NCBI GenBank assembly: GCA_947593975.1
Contig: CANQDW010000003.1
Coordinates: 1,312-65,311, forward strand
DNA: 64,000 nucleotides
Origin: an uncultured Lachnospiraceae bacterium
GTDB taxonomy: Bacteria; Bacillota; Clostridia; Lachnospirales; Lachnospiraceae
Direction of reading: 5' to 3'
Part shown: positions 19,675-29,734 of the stretch, one piece after another
Layout of the letters: each line of letters starts with the position of its first letter
How positions within the stretch are numbered: position 1 is the stretch's first letter
Position numbers and translations under genes: made by a program
Notes under the pieces: model-generated
The model's database searches: none
Seen by the model: the letters and a program-made list of their open reading frames with translations, nothing else
Told to the model about the DNA's origin: nothing

Positions 19675-21375
19675 ATGAAAAAGAACAAAACAAGAAAAGA
19701 ATGGGTGAAAAATCTATTGATAGTATTTCTGGCAGTCATGCTCGTGCTTACTTTCTGTTCAAATACTATTATGAATATGTATCTGCCGGAAGTGCAGACC
19801 GAGGCGGTAAGGTCCGGCAAGATCCAGGACAGTATAAGGGGCAGCGGAGTGGCTGAACTTAACCAGGCTTATCAGATCAAGCTTCCGTCAGTGCGCACGG
19901 TTAAAACAGTGCTTGTAAAGGAAGGACAGGAAGTAAAAGTCGGGGATGTGCTGTTTCAGCTTGATAAAGGCGACGAAGCTGAGCTTGACGCTGCAAAGAG
20001 CACATATCTTGAGTATCAGACTGAATATCAGAAAAAACTGATAGGTAAAGATTATAATTATGATAAAGAAGAACTTGCCATAGAAAGCGCAAGGTTAGAT
20101 TACAAAAAAGCGGTAAAGGCGCTTAACACTGCCGTTAAGAATAAAAAGCAGGCAAAGAAAAAGACGAAAGAACTTAATTCGGTGAATAATAAAGTTGCCG
20201 AACTGGAAAAAAGTTCCGCGTCATATGAACAAAAAATAGCAGGCGTCGGAGATGTTGATGAAAAATCTGCATATGACGATCTTGAATCAAAGAAGCGTAC
20301 GCTTACGGTACTTAAAAATGAACTTAGCGATATAGATAACGATATTGCCGCGCTTAAAGAAGCCGGCGCGCCGCAGTCTGATATTACGGAAAAAGAGCGG
20401 GCAAGACGCGATAAAGCGGCAGAGGTAAATAATATGCAGGCTGACGTTGATAGTGCATCCGAAGCCGTAAACGCCGCGGCAGCAAATGCGGATAAAGTTA
20501 AAGTATATACGGATAAAAAAGCAAAAATAGATGCGCAGCTGGAAACGTACCGCGCAAGTCAGGCGAAGCTTAGCGCAGAACTTGAGGCGCTTAACGCGTC
20601 GATGTCAAAAGAAGAAGCGCAGGCGCAGGTTACGGAAAAGGAGCTTGCATGGAATAATCTAATCGCTGATTATGAGATTAAAAAATCAGAAGATTCTTAT
20701 AATAAGCAGACAGATGATATCGACCTTAAGGCGGCAAAGGACAAGTTAGACGAGCAGAAAAAACTTGTGGATGAACTTACGGATACTATAGGTAAGTCTG
20801 AGATCACTGCCCAGATGGCAGGAGTAGTAACGGGGATAAGCTGTATGCCGGGCGATTCCACACAGCCCGATACCCCGCTTGCAGTTATTTCCGCAGACGA
20901 CGGCTGCTTTACGCTTAAGGTATCCGTAACAAAAGAACAGGCTGTTAAGGTAAAACCGGGACAGAGCGCATCTCTTACAAATTACTGGGGAAGCGACGGA
21001 AGCGCGGTTTTAAGGAGCATAGAACCTGATACGGAGGATCCGGCAAACAGGATACTGTGTCTGGAAGTAAAAGGCGAGGATATAGCCGAGGGCGATACTA
21101 TTTCGGTATCCATAGGCGGTGAAAGCAAAGAATATGACGCTATCGTTTCCAAAAACAGCATATATGAGGATAATAACGGCAAATTTGTACTTGTGATCAC
21201 GAACAAAAATACGCCGCTTGGAACAAGATATATTGCAGCAAGACGAGATGTCGAGGTGCTTGCGGAAGATGATATGCGGGCCGCCATATCCATGGAAACA
21301 TACGGCAATGATTATGTGATCACGGCGTCGTCAAAAGTTGTAGAACCGGGTAAACAGGTAAAATTAAAGGAGTAA
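19675..21375 (+). CDS. Efflux-type membrane fusion / periplasmic adaptor protein with a very long coiled coil
   Basis: N-terminal TM; lipoyl halves VLVKEGQEVKVGDVLFQL and ITAQMAGVVTGI...GD; long heptad region; beta-barrel and C-terminal VITASSKVVEPGKQV. Confidence 0.85.
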   Translation: MKKNKTRKEWVKNLLIVFLAVMLVLTFCSNTIMNMYLPEVQTEAVRSGKIQDSIRGSGVAELNQAYQIKLPSVRTVKTVLVKEGQEVKVGDVLFQLDKGDEAELDAAKSTYLEYQTEYQKKLIGKDYNYDKEELAIESARLDYKKAVKALNTAVKNKKQAKKKTKELNSVNNKVAELEKSSASYEQKIAGVGDVDEKSAYDDLESKKRTLTVLKNELSDIDNDIAALKEAGAPQSDITEKERARRDKAAEVNNMQADVDSASEAVNAAAANADKVKVYTDKKAKIDAQLETYRASQAKLSAELEALNASMSKEEAQAQVTEKELAWNNLIADYEIKKSEDSYNKQTDDIDLKAAKDKLDEQKKLVDELTDTIGKSEITAQMAGVVTGISCMPGDSTQPDTPLAVISADDGCFTLKVSVTKEQAVKVKPGQSASLTNYWGSDGSAVLRSIEPDTEDPANRILCLEVKGEDIAEGDTISVSIGGESKEYDAIVSKNSIYEDNNGKFVLVITNKNTPLGTRYIAARRDVEVLAEDDMRAAISMETYGNDYVITASSKVVEPGKQVKLKE

Positions 21376-21378
21376 GGG

Positions 21379-22398
21379 ATGAAAAAGAAGATAGTATTTC
21401 TGCTGATTTGTCTGATATTCATATTTGCGGGCGTGATAAGCTACAAAAGGATTGCCGGAGGTATATCCATGCAGTCGCCTGAAAAAAGATGGTCGGATGA
21501 CGGCAGCGCATATGCCCATATAGCTGTATATTTTCCTGAAACGCAGAGTATAACTTTAGAGGATGTAGACTCTTACAGAAATTCGCTCAATTTATATATA
21601 AAAGAAGATGGGATAGAAGTAAAAGAAGGCAGCCGCGCATATATTGACGCATACAGCGCGTATGGCAATGTGGAAATATCGGTAACTGACAGGAACACAT
21701 CCTGTAAGACGGACGTTACATACTGCGGCGGAGATTATTTTTTCTTTCATCCTGCGGAATTCTTATACGGAAGCGGATTTGGTGAAGACGATACCATGCG
21801 GGATAAAGCCGTGATCGATGAAAACGCGGCATGGATGTTATACGGCAGTACAGATATATGCGGCAAATACATGATGATGGGAGACAAGATGTTTTATATA
21901 TGCGGCGTAGTAAGATCAACAGAAAAAAATCTTAATATATATGTTCCTTATAATGATAAAAATAATGCGGAAGAAAAACACATAACCTGTTATGAGACGG
22001 TATATCCGGACTTGATATCAGACTATGCATACAAAAAAGTAATGTCTCTTGTAAATGAGGATACTTTATTTGCGGATGAAGAATCTGAAAAAGATGATAC
22101 TTCGTCTGCAGACGTTATTAATATCACTGACCGGTTTGATATAAGCAATATATTTGGAGTTGTATGCTCGTATGGGAAGCGTTCGATGCAGACAAACGCG
22201 ATCATATATCCGGACTGGGAAAATGAATGCAGAGAAGCTGAGGATTTCTGCGCGCTTGCTATGGTATGGGTTGTTATATGGATAATCATATCGGTATGTC
22301 TTGCACTTAAATGGTTTGCGGGTGATGTTGTTTCTGCGGCCGTAAGGTTTGCGGGAAGTATGAAAAACACATTACAAAACAAATTCAAGAGAAAATAA
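21379..22398 (+). CDS. MacB-like periplasmic-core domain protein with only two TM helices
   Basis: KAVIDENAAWMLYGSTDICGK...FYICGVV is a MacB PCD-type motif; one N-terminal and one C-terminal TM. Confidence 0.7.
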   Translation: MKKKIVFLLICLIFIFAGVISYKRIAGGISMQSPEKRWSDDGSAYAHIAVYFPETQSITLEDVDSYRNSLNLYIKEDGIEVKEGSRAYIDAYSAYGNVEISVTDRNTSCKTDVTYCGGDYFFFHPAEFLYGSGFGEDDTMRDKAVIDENAAWMLYGSTDICGKYMMMGDKMFYICGVVRSTEKNLNIYVPYNDKNNAEEKHITCYETVYPDLISDYAYKKVMSLVNEDTLFADEESEKDDTSSADVINITDRFDISNIFGVVCSYGKRSMQTNAIIYPDWENECREAEDFCALAMVWVVIWIIISVCLALKWFAGDVVSAAVRFAGSMKNTLQNKFKRK

Positions 22399-22412
22399 TC
22401 AAAAAACAAATA

Positions 22413-22450
22413 AAGAAAATCCCCTCATTCACACAGACGGGGATTTTCTT
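22413..22450. terminator. Bidirectional terminator between convergent genes
   Basis: AAGAAAATCCCC-N14-GGGGATTTTCTT. Confidence 0.8.
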
Positions 22451-22480
22451 AACATCATATAAAATTATACATATTTAAGT

Positions 22481-23188
22481 TTAATCAAGAAGCCTGTTGA
22501 TATATTCATCAACTAAAGAATCAGCCATTGCGGGATCGACATCCGGTATACTGAACAAAAGTTGTTCTTTTACTTTTTCGCAGTAATTAAAATAGTTGAT
22601 CTCATCGGAAACTTCAGGATCTTTGATTGATTTTAAAGTGCTTTTATCAATATTTTCCGAGAGCCATTCATTAACGGAATCAATTTTTTTGTTTTCAATG
22701 CCAATCTGTGCTTTTATTGTCCTGGATTTGCTGTACATTGCAATTCCGCCGATGAAGAATAAAATAAATACGCCAAGCAATATATACTGTGTAAATTCTG
22801 CTGATACGATACTGAATACGCCGGCAATATTAAGTATCCCGAAGATAATTCCTGCAAATCCGACAAGCATGCACGTATAAGCGCTAAACAGATATTCCTG
22901 GTATTGATCCGCTTTTTTAACAAATGTATTAGAAATAGAAGCCTGCGCTTCGTTTATATCATTTTCAAAATCCTTAGGACTGTAGCTTTCGTCTTCAAAA
23001 GACGGGTCGGCTTCATTTTCGAATCCTTCATACTCTAATCCATCATACATTTGTGCGCCGGCGTTTTCTTCGGCAGCATCATCAGGATCATTTATATCAT
23101 CCAGTGAATCGACCAGAGGAACCCTGCAGTCGTAGCAGTTGGTGATTCCCTCACGGTATTCACATTTACATACAGGACACCATGGCAT
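22481..23188 (-). CDS. Hypothetical membrane protein with N-terminal Zn ribbon
   Basis: CPVC..EY..G...CYDC, acidic linker, 2 TM helices; GGAGG SD. Confidence 0.75.
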   Translation of the reverse strand: MPWCPVCKCEYREGITNCYDCRVPLVDSLDDINDPDDAAEENAGAQMYDGLEYEGFENEADPSFEDESYSPKDFENDINEAQASISNTFVKKADQYQEYLFSAYTCMLVGFAGIIFGILNIAGVFSIVSAEFTQYILLGVFILFFIGGIAMYSKSRTIKAQIGIENKKIDSVNEWLSENIDKSTLKSIKDPEVSDEINYFNYCEKVKEQLLFSIPDVDPAMADSLVDEYINRLLD

Positions 23189-23202
23189 AATATTAACCTC
23201 CT

Positions 23203-24435
23203 TTATTCCGGTTTATAAAGATGGAATGCTTTCTTACCGCGTTTTATGAGAAGCGCGCCATCAGAATTCATATCGTTAAGAGTAAAAGTCTTTGCAAAGT
23301 CAGTGCATTTTTCGTCATTTACAGTTACGCCGCCCTGGGTGATATTTCTTCTTGCGTCGCCGCGGCTTGAGCAGAGCCCTCCGTCGCAGAGAAGGGTTAT
23401 AAGATCGATCCCTTCCTCAAACCTTGCCTTAGGATACGTTGTGGTAGGGATGTCTTCGGTATTCATTGAACCGCCGAATAATGATTTGGAAGCGGAGAGA
23501 GCTTTTTGTGCTTCTTCTTCGCCGTGTACGATTTTGGTGACTTCGTAAGCAAGTACTTCCTTTGCATGGTTTATTTCGGAATCTTTAAGCGCGCCGAGAC
23601 GTCTTACTTCATCCATAGGCAGGAAAGTAAGAAGGCCGAGACATTCTTCGACTTTTACATCTTCGATATTCCTCCAGTACTGGAAAAATTCATAAGGGCT
23701 TGTCTTTTCAGGGTCAAGCCATACTGCGCCCTTCATGGTTTTGCCCATCTTTATGCCCTCGCTTGTCGTAAGAAGCTTGAACGTAAGTCCGTAAGCGGGT
23801 TTTCCTTCTTTACGCCTTATCAGCTCAACGCCTCCGAGGATATTTGACCATTGGTCGTTGCCTCCAAGCTCGAGATTACAGCCGTACATCTGGTTTAGTT
23901 TCAAAAAGTCGTATGACTGCATAAGCATATAGTTAAATTCAAAGAATGTAAGTCCTTTTTCCATCCTTTGCTTGTAACATTCGGCAGCAAGCATTTTATT
24001 TACGGAGAAATGCACTCCAACTTCGCGTAAGAACTCAACATAATTGAGGTCTAAAAGCCAGTCCGCGTTATTTGCTATGATAGCTTTGTCATTATCAAAA
24101 GTTATGAAGCGGGAAAGCTGTTCTGCAAATCTCTGCGCATTGTGTTCAATAGTTTCTTTAGTCATGACTTTACGCATGTCAGATTTTCCTGAAGGATCGC
24201 CGATCATTGTAGTACCGCCGCCAAGCAGTGCGATCGGACGGTGCCCTGCGCGCTGCATATGCATCATTGCCATAATGGTAAGAAAGTGTCCGGCAGTAAG
24301 ACTGTCAGCAGTTGCATCAAAGCCTATATAAAATGTAACGGACTCCTTTCCCAGCAGTTCTCTGATCTCATCTTCGTGTGTTGTCTGTTCAATAAAGCCG
24401 CGTTCCATAAGTATGTCATATACGTTTTGAGACAT
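23203..24435 (-). CDS. tyrS: Tyrosine--tRNA ligase
   Basis: [30 protein letters not shown]-terminal S4 domain. Confidence 0.98.
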   Translation of the reverse strand: MSQNVYDILMERGFIEQTTHEDEIRELLGKESVTFYIGFDATADSLTAGHFLTIMAMMHMQRAGHRPIALLGGGTTMIGDPSGKSDMRKVMTKETIEHNAQRFAEQLSRFITFDNDKAIIANNADWLLDLNYVEFLREVGVHFSVNKMLAAECYKQRMEKGLTFFEFNYMLMQSYDFLKLNQMYGCNLELGGNDQWSNILGGVELIRRKEGKPAYGLTFKLLTTSEGIKMGKTMKGAVWLDPEKTSPYEFFQYWRNIEDVKVEECLGLLTFLPMDEVRRLGALKDSEINHAKEVLAYEVTKIVHGEEEAQKALSASKSLFGGSMNTEDIPTTTYPKARFEEGIDLITLLCDGGLCSSRGDARRNITQGGVTVNDEKCTDFAKTFTLNDMNSDGALLIKRGKKAFHLYKPE

Positions 24436-24473
24436 TGTTTTTCCTTCCTTTCATTAGTTTGTTATTCTATCTG

Positions 24474-24502
24474 ATGTTATCATAATAAATAAATAAAGTA
24501 AA
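24474..24502 (-). promoter_or_regulatory. Sigma-A promoter of tyrS
   Basis: Minus strand TTTACT-17 nt-TAACAT with extended TG. Confidence 0.55.
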
Positions 24503-24557
24503 GAATGAAGCCGTAATTATTTCATATAAATATATAAAAAACAGAAAGGACCGGTAT

Positions 24558-24752
24558 ATGATGAAAAAATATATATGTTTCCAGTTTGCGGTGTGCATGG
24601 CCTGCGTAGCGGCGTCGCTTCTTATTGCATATACGGACAGGCCGGCCGGCGCAAAAAAGATATTAAAGCATGTCATCACGGACAGCAGCCGGATACATGA
24701 ATCTGAAGAAAATATTGCCAAAATAGTTTCGGGAATTGTTGTTGGGGACTGA
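24558..24752 (+). CDS. Small hypothetical protein with an N-terminal hydrophobic segment
   Basis: AGAAAGGA SD; 64 aa filling the intergenic gap; signal/TM-like N-terminus. Confidence 0.5.
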   Translation: MMKKYICFQFAVCMACVAASLLIAYTDRPAGAKKILKHVITDSSRIHESEENIAKIVSGIVVGD

Positions 24753-24810
24753 AAAATATGTTAATATACTTAGTACTTAAGTTAAAACCTATATGGTCAG
24801 GAGGATTATT

Positions 24811-26667
24811 TTGGATAGAAAACTGGCGCTTGAAAGAAATATACTTATGTCGGTCGAAAAGCCGGCAAGATATATCGGAAATGAGATAAACATGGTAAAA
24901 AAAGACCTTAATGATATTGATATAAGGTTCTGCATGTGTTTCCCCGATGTTTATGAAATCGGAATGTCTCATCTGGGTATTCAGATCTTATATGATATGT
25001 TCAATAAACGTGACGACACATATTGTGAAAGGGTATATTCGCCATGGAAAGATCTGGACGAGATTATGAGAAGAGAGAATATACCTTTATTTGCGCTTGA
25101 AAGCCAGCAGCCTGTAAAAGATTTTGACTTTCTCGGTATTACGCTGCAATATGAGATGTGCTATACAAATGTGCTTCAGGTGCTTGATTTGTCGCAGATA
25201 CCTTTATTTGCAGCCGACAGGGGTAATGATGATCCTATTGTAATAGGAGGAGGACCATGTTCATATAACCCTGAACCTTTGGCAGACTTTTTTGATATAT
25301 TTTATATAGGCGAGGGAGAAACGGTATATGATGAACTGCTTGACTTATATAAGGATATGCGCAATAAAGATTATGACAGGCATGAATTTTTAAGGAAAGC
25401 CGCAATGATAGAAGGCCTGTATGTTCCGTCATTGTATAGCGTTGAGTATGATGCAAACGGGCTTATAAGCTCATTTGAACCTATATATGAGGAATTGCCG
25501 CATAAAATAAGAAAACAGGCTGCGACAGACCTTGAGGAATATTACCCCAAAAATCCTTTGGTCCCGTATATAAAAGTTACCCAGGACCGCGCTGTGCTTG
25601 AGATAATGCGCGGATGCATAAGGGGATGCCGTTTCTGCCAGGCGGGAATGATATACAGGCCGCTTAGGGAAAGAAATGCGGATTATCTGAAATCACTGGC
25701 TGGGGAAATGATTGATTCGACGGGATATGAAGAGATATCACTCAGCTCATTAAGTTCAAGCGATTGTTCGTGCATTAAGGAAATGGTATATTATCTCATT
25801 GATGAATTTTCTGATAAAAAGGTCAATATATCGCTTCCGTCATTAAGGATAGATGCTTTTTCGCTGGATGTAATGAGCAAAGTGCAGGATATAAGGAAAA
25901 GCAGCCTTACGTTTGCGCCCGAAGCGGGTTCTCAGAGAATGAGGGACGTCATCAATAAAGGGCTTACCGAAGAGATAATCTTAAGCGGGGCGATGGATGC
26001 GTTTAAGAGCGGCTGGAACAGGGTGAAACTGTATTTTATGCTTGGACTGCCTACGGAAACTTATGATGACATTGAAGCGATCGCAAAACTTGCGGAGAGT
26101 ATTGCGGAAGAATATTATACGATACCGAAAGAGGAAAGAAACGGTAAGGTGAATATAGTGGTAAGCACTTCGCTGTTCGTGCCTAAGCCTTTTACGCCTT
26201 TTCAATGGGTATCCATGAATAAAGCGGAGGAATTTACCGATAAAAAAGGATTTTTGATGTCAAAGATAAAGGAGCAGCTAAACCAAAAGAGTATAAAATA
26301 CAACTGCCACGATTCAGAAGTCTCTGTCCTTGAGGGAGTATTTGCAAGAGGCGACAGAAGATGCGCAAAGGTAATCTATTCCGCATATAAAAAGGGCTGT
26401 ATGTTTGATTCCTGGTCGGAATTTTTTGACGCCGGAAAATGGGAAGAGGCATTTTTGGAAAATGATATCGATCCGTCATTTTATACTGCAAGAGAGCGGA
26501 GCACCGGCGAGATGCTTCCGTGGGATTTCATAGATATAGGGGTTACCAAAGAGTTTCTTATAAGAGAATATGAGAATTCAAAAAAAGCGGTTGTAACGCC
26601 AAACTGCAAGGAGAAGTGTTCCGGCTGCGGCGCTTCGTCATATCTGAAAGGGGGCTGCAGATTTTAA
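24811..26667 (+). CDS. TIGR03960-type B12-binding radical SAM protein
   Basis: VEKPARYIGNE, FPDVYEIGMSHLG, GGPC, CxxxCxxC (RGCIRGCRFC), FAPEAGSQRMR; TTG start after AGGAGG. Confidence 0.9.
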   Translation: MDRKLALERNILMSVEKPARYIGNEINMVKKDLNDIDIRFCMCFPDVYEIGMSHLGIQILYDMFNKRDDTYCERVYSPWKDLDEIMRRENIPLFALESQQPVKDFDFLGITLQYEMCYTNVLQVLDLSQIPLFAADRGNDDPIVIGGGPCSYNPEPLADFFDIFYIGEGETVYDELLDLYKDMRNKDYDRHEFLRKAAMIEGLYVPSLYSVEYDANGLISSFEPIYEELPHKIRKQAATDLEEYYPKNPLVPYIKVTQDRAVLEIMRGCIRGCRFCQAGMIYRPLRERNADYLKSLAGEMIDSTGYEEISLSSLSSSDCSCIKEMVYYLIDEFSDKKVNISLPSLRIDAFSLDVMSKVQDIRKSSLTFAPEAGSQRMRDVINKGLTEEIILSGAMDAFKSGWNRVKLYFMLGLPTETYDDIEAIAKLAESIAEEYYTIPKEERNGKVNIVVSTSLFVPKPFTPFQWVSMNKAEEFTDKKGFLMSKIKEQLNQKSIKYNCHDSEVSVLEGVFARGDRRCAKVIYSAYKKGCMFDSWSEFFDAGKWEEAFLENDIDPSFYTARERSTGEMLPWDFIDIGVTKEFLIREYENSKKAVVTPNCKEKCSGCGASSYLKGGCRF

Positions 26668-27395
26668 TGAAAGCTAGGCTTAGATTCGTAAAACTCGGTG
26701 AGATGCAGTATATAGGGCATCTTGATCTTATGAGGTATTTCCAGAAGCTTTTCAGAAGAAGCGGACTTTACATGTCTTATTCAAAGGGATTTAACCCGCA
26801 TCAGATAATGTCGTTTGCGTCACCGCTTGGCGTAGGGCTTACAAGCATAGGGGAATATCTGGATATTTCACTTGAGTCGCTCGGAGAACATACCGAGAGC
26901 GAGTGGATCGATATAATAAACGCCCGCTCTAACGGGCTTATCCTTGTTACGGCGTTTATGATAATGCCTGACGATACGAAACCGTCAATGTCGCTTCTTG
27001 GCGCGGCGTCGTACAGAGTAGAATTGTTTAGCGAGGACGCCGTAAAAGACGTGGAAAGATTTTTTTATGGGAATGAAAGCATAGTATATATTAAAGAAAC
27101 CAAAAAATCGAAAAAAGAAATAGATCTTAGGAAAGAGATTCCCATACTAAGCGCAGATTATAATGTGTTTAGCGATGAGATGTCAAAAATCTGCATATAT
27201 GACCATGATTATGAAAAAAAATACATTGACGCCGGGGAAAAAGGCTGCATATATATGTTGTGCCGGGCGGGAAGCGTATTAAATATCAAGCCGGAAATGC
27301 TTTTTGATATATATGGTAAAATAACAGGATATCAGATCATGCGTCTTGATATGTTAAGCGGCGAAGATAAGTATGTGTCAATGTCTGTAGGATAG
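26667..27395 (+). CDS. TIGR03936 radical SAM-linked protein (DUF2344)
   Basis: YIGHLDLMRYFQK...SKGFNPH...FASPLGVGLTS.GEY. Confidence 0.9.
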   Translation: MKARLRFVKLGEMQYIGHLDLMRYFQKLFRRSGLYMSYSKGFNPHQIMSFASPLGVGLTSIGEYLDISLESLGEHTESEWIDIINARSNGLILVTAFMIMPDDTKPSMSLLGAASYRVELFSEDAVKDVERFFYGNESIVYIKETKKSKKEIDLRKEIPILSADYNVFSDEMSKICIYDHDYEKKYIDAGEKGCIYMLCRAGSVLNIKPEMLFDIYGKITGYQIMRLDMLSGEDKYVSMSVG

Positions 27396-27396
27396 G

Positions 27397-28572
27397 GTGG
27401 ATATAATGGAACTTGTTATTACAAAATATATGGACAGCATAATATGCGCATGGTTTAAAGACGAGCGGCTTATACAGGTTTACCGCTGCATTTCGGATAC
27501 CGGGTATCATGTAGGGGATATATTTGTCGGAAAAGTAAAAAATATAGTTAAGAACATAAACGCCGCGTTTGTCGATATCGGGAAGGACGAGCTTTGTTTC
27601 CTGCAGCTTTCGGACGCCGACAGGATAAAAAGGGAAGATGAGATTATTGTACAGGCAGTACGTGAAGGAATAAGGACAAAACAGCCTGTCGTGTCACAAA
27701 ACATTTCTATTGCCGGAAGACTGTTAATAATAAATGACAAAAAAAACATAAACATATCAAAAAAGATAAAAGATAAAACGCGCAGGAATGAACTTAAGGA
27801 ACTTCTTTCGGAAGATATAAAACATAATGGTTTTATTGTGCGTACCAATGCCTCAAATGCTGATAATGACAGTATTATTTCTGAAAAAGAATCGCTTATA
27901 AAGATATATGATACTATAATTTCAAAAGCGAAGACCGCATCGGTTTACTCAAGGTTATATAAAGCGCCCGCCGGTTATATTGAATCGGTAAGGGACAGTT
28001 ATGCTTACGATATGCAAAGGATAATTACCGATATCCCGGAAATATATGCGGAAATAAAATCCTATACGGAAGAATGCTGCCCTGATATGACCGGTATCTT
28101 ATCTTTGTATGAAGACAGCTCTTTTCCTATCGATTCGTTGTTCGGTCTTACTTCAAAAATAAAGAAGGCTCTGAATAAAAAAGTGTGGCTGGATTCAGGC
28201 GCCTATATAATAATAGACGTGACAGAGGCATGCACTGTGATCGACGTTAATTCGGGAAAGATGATAAAGGGTAAAAAAGATACGGAACAGACTTTTTTTA
28301 ACATAAACTGCGAGGCGGCAAAAGAGATAATGCTGCAGTTAAGGCTTAGGAACTTATCGGGTATTATCATCATAGATTTTATAGATATGAAAAGCCCTGA
28401 ATATAATAATGAGCTTGTCAGGATCTTATCAGGGCTTGCGGCTTGTGATACTGTAAGCTGCAATGTTGTGGACATAACAAAGCTTGGCCTTGTTGAGATG
28501 ACAAGGAAAAAGAAAAGCAGTCCGCTTTATGAGCAGTTTAAAATATCGGGCGACGAACTTATAGTTATATGA
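27397..28572 (+). CDS. rng: Ribonuclease E/G family
   Basis: S1 domain, VIDVNSG, LRLRNLSGIIIIDFIDM, TKLGLVEMTRK. Confidence 0.93.
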   Translation: MDIMELVITKYMDSIICAWFKDERLIQVYRCISDTGYHVGDIFVGKVKNIVKNINAAFVDIGKDELCFLQLSDADRIKREDEIIVQAVREGIRTKQPVVSQNISIAGRLLIINDKKNINISKKIKDKTRRNELKELLSEDIKHNGFIVRTNASNADNDSIISEKESLIKIYDTIISKAKTASVYSRLYKAPAGYIESVRDSYAYDMQRIITDIPEIYAEIKSYTEECCPDMTGILSLYEDSSFPIDSLFGLTSKIKKALNKKVWLDSGAYIIIDVTEACTVIDVNSGKMIKGKKDTEQTFFNINCEAAKEIMLQLRLRNLSGIIIIDFIDMKSPEYNNELVRILSGLAACDTVSCNVVDITKLGLVEMTRKKKSSPLYEQFKISGDELIVI

Positions 28573-29668
28573 TTTTTACGCTTTCATTGTATATATCCCA
28601 TAATATCTCTTCGTTTACCGGATATGGACAGTTGCCGAGCTTTTTTGGGTCGCTTGATATATCTTTTACCGATTTTTTTGCAAGGCTTAGGGGAACTTCG
28701 ATATGCCCGCAGAGTTCGTGTATAGTGTCGGCAAGAATCTGTACAGTGGCAAAACCGCAAAGCGATAGTATATGGTTGCATGAATATATATCGGCATGGC
28801 GCATGTATGCGCAAAGGAATGTTCCGACTGCTTTTCCGTGAGGAACGTTCCTTTCATATGTCAGAGGGTAGCTCAGTTTATGGGGAAGGGATGTCCCTGT
28901 ATGCGATATGGCCATGCCCGCGTATGCCGAGATCATCATCAGAAGTTCATAGGATTCATAGCTTCGTATATTATTTTTAAGTATATAGGGAACGGCTTTC
29001 CACATGGACAAAGCATGGTTACAGAACATTTTGCTTATGCCGGATGCGTTTTTATTTATATAGCTTTCAATAAGGTGTCCGAGCGCATCTATTGCCGTAT
29101 TTTTCAGTACCGTGTCGGGAGCGCTGTCCAGATACATCGGGTCTATAAGCGCAAGGGAAGGATATATTTTATGCGGGAGACTTGATTTGGTGCAGAGACT
29201 GTGTATCGTAAGGATAGAATAAGGAGTGATTTCGGAACCTGTTCCGCAGGTCGTAGGTATTGTTACTACCGGAAGATAACCCGCGTCACATTTTTGGTAC
29301 AGCAAATCCTCGTTCTTATCCGGGTTGGCGAGCATAAGCGATACCGCTTTTGAAGCGTCAAGGGGAGAACCGCCTCCGATGCCTATTACAAAGTCTGTGC
29401 TCTCGGAAGCTGTTTTAACCGCTTCCATTACGTTTTCTATTGAAGGATTCTCGCATACGCCGTCAAATATTTTATATGATATATGTCCGCTTTCAAGTAC
29501 GCTTATTACGTCATTAAGCGAACCGTTTTCTTTTGAAGAATGTTTCCCGGTTATGATATACGCCGATTTTCCGTGAGCGCATATATCGTCTGCATGATTT
29601 ATGATACAGTTTTTTTCGCAGTGTAATTCGGTAGGCAGTTTATAATACATATTTGAACTTCCTTTCAT
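28565..29668 (-). CDS. Iron-containing alcohol dehydrogenase family
   Basis: GGGSPLD, PTTCGTGSE, DALGHLIE, HKLSY, PHG. Confidence 0.92.
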   Translation of the reverse strand: MKGSSNMYYKLPTELHCEKNCIINHADDICAHGKSAYIITGKHSSKENGSLNDVISVLESGHISYKIFDGVCENPSIENVMEAVKTASESTDFVIGIGGGSPLDASKAVSLMLANPDKNEDLLYQKCDAGYLPVVTIPTTCGTGSEITPYSILTIHSLCTKSSLPHKIYPSLALIDPMYLDSAPDTVLKNTAIDALGHLIESYINKNASGISKMFCNHALSMWKAVPYILKNNIRSYESYELLMMISAYAGMAISHTGTSLPHKLSYPLTYERNVPHGKAVGTFLCAYMRHADIYSCNHILSLCGFATVQILADTIHELCGHIEVPLSLAKKSVKDISSDPKKLGNCPYPVNEEILWDIYNESVKII

Positions 29669-29734
29669 TTTTGTGTATAATGGTTGATATAAGTTTAATC
29701 CATTATCCGGATTATGTAAATATCGGAGTTAATA

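Noticed and set aside
24768-24783. TTAGTACT half-site resembling the ABC operon operator
   Set aside because: Only one half-site, with no matching inverted partner at the same spacing.
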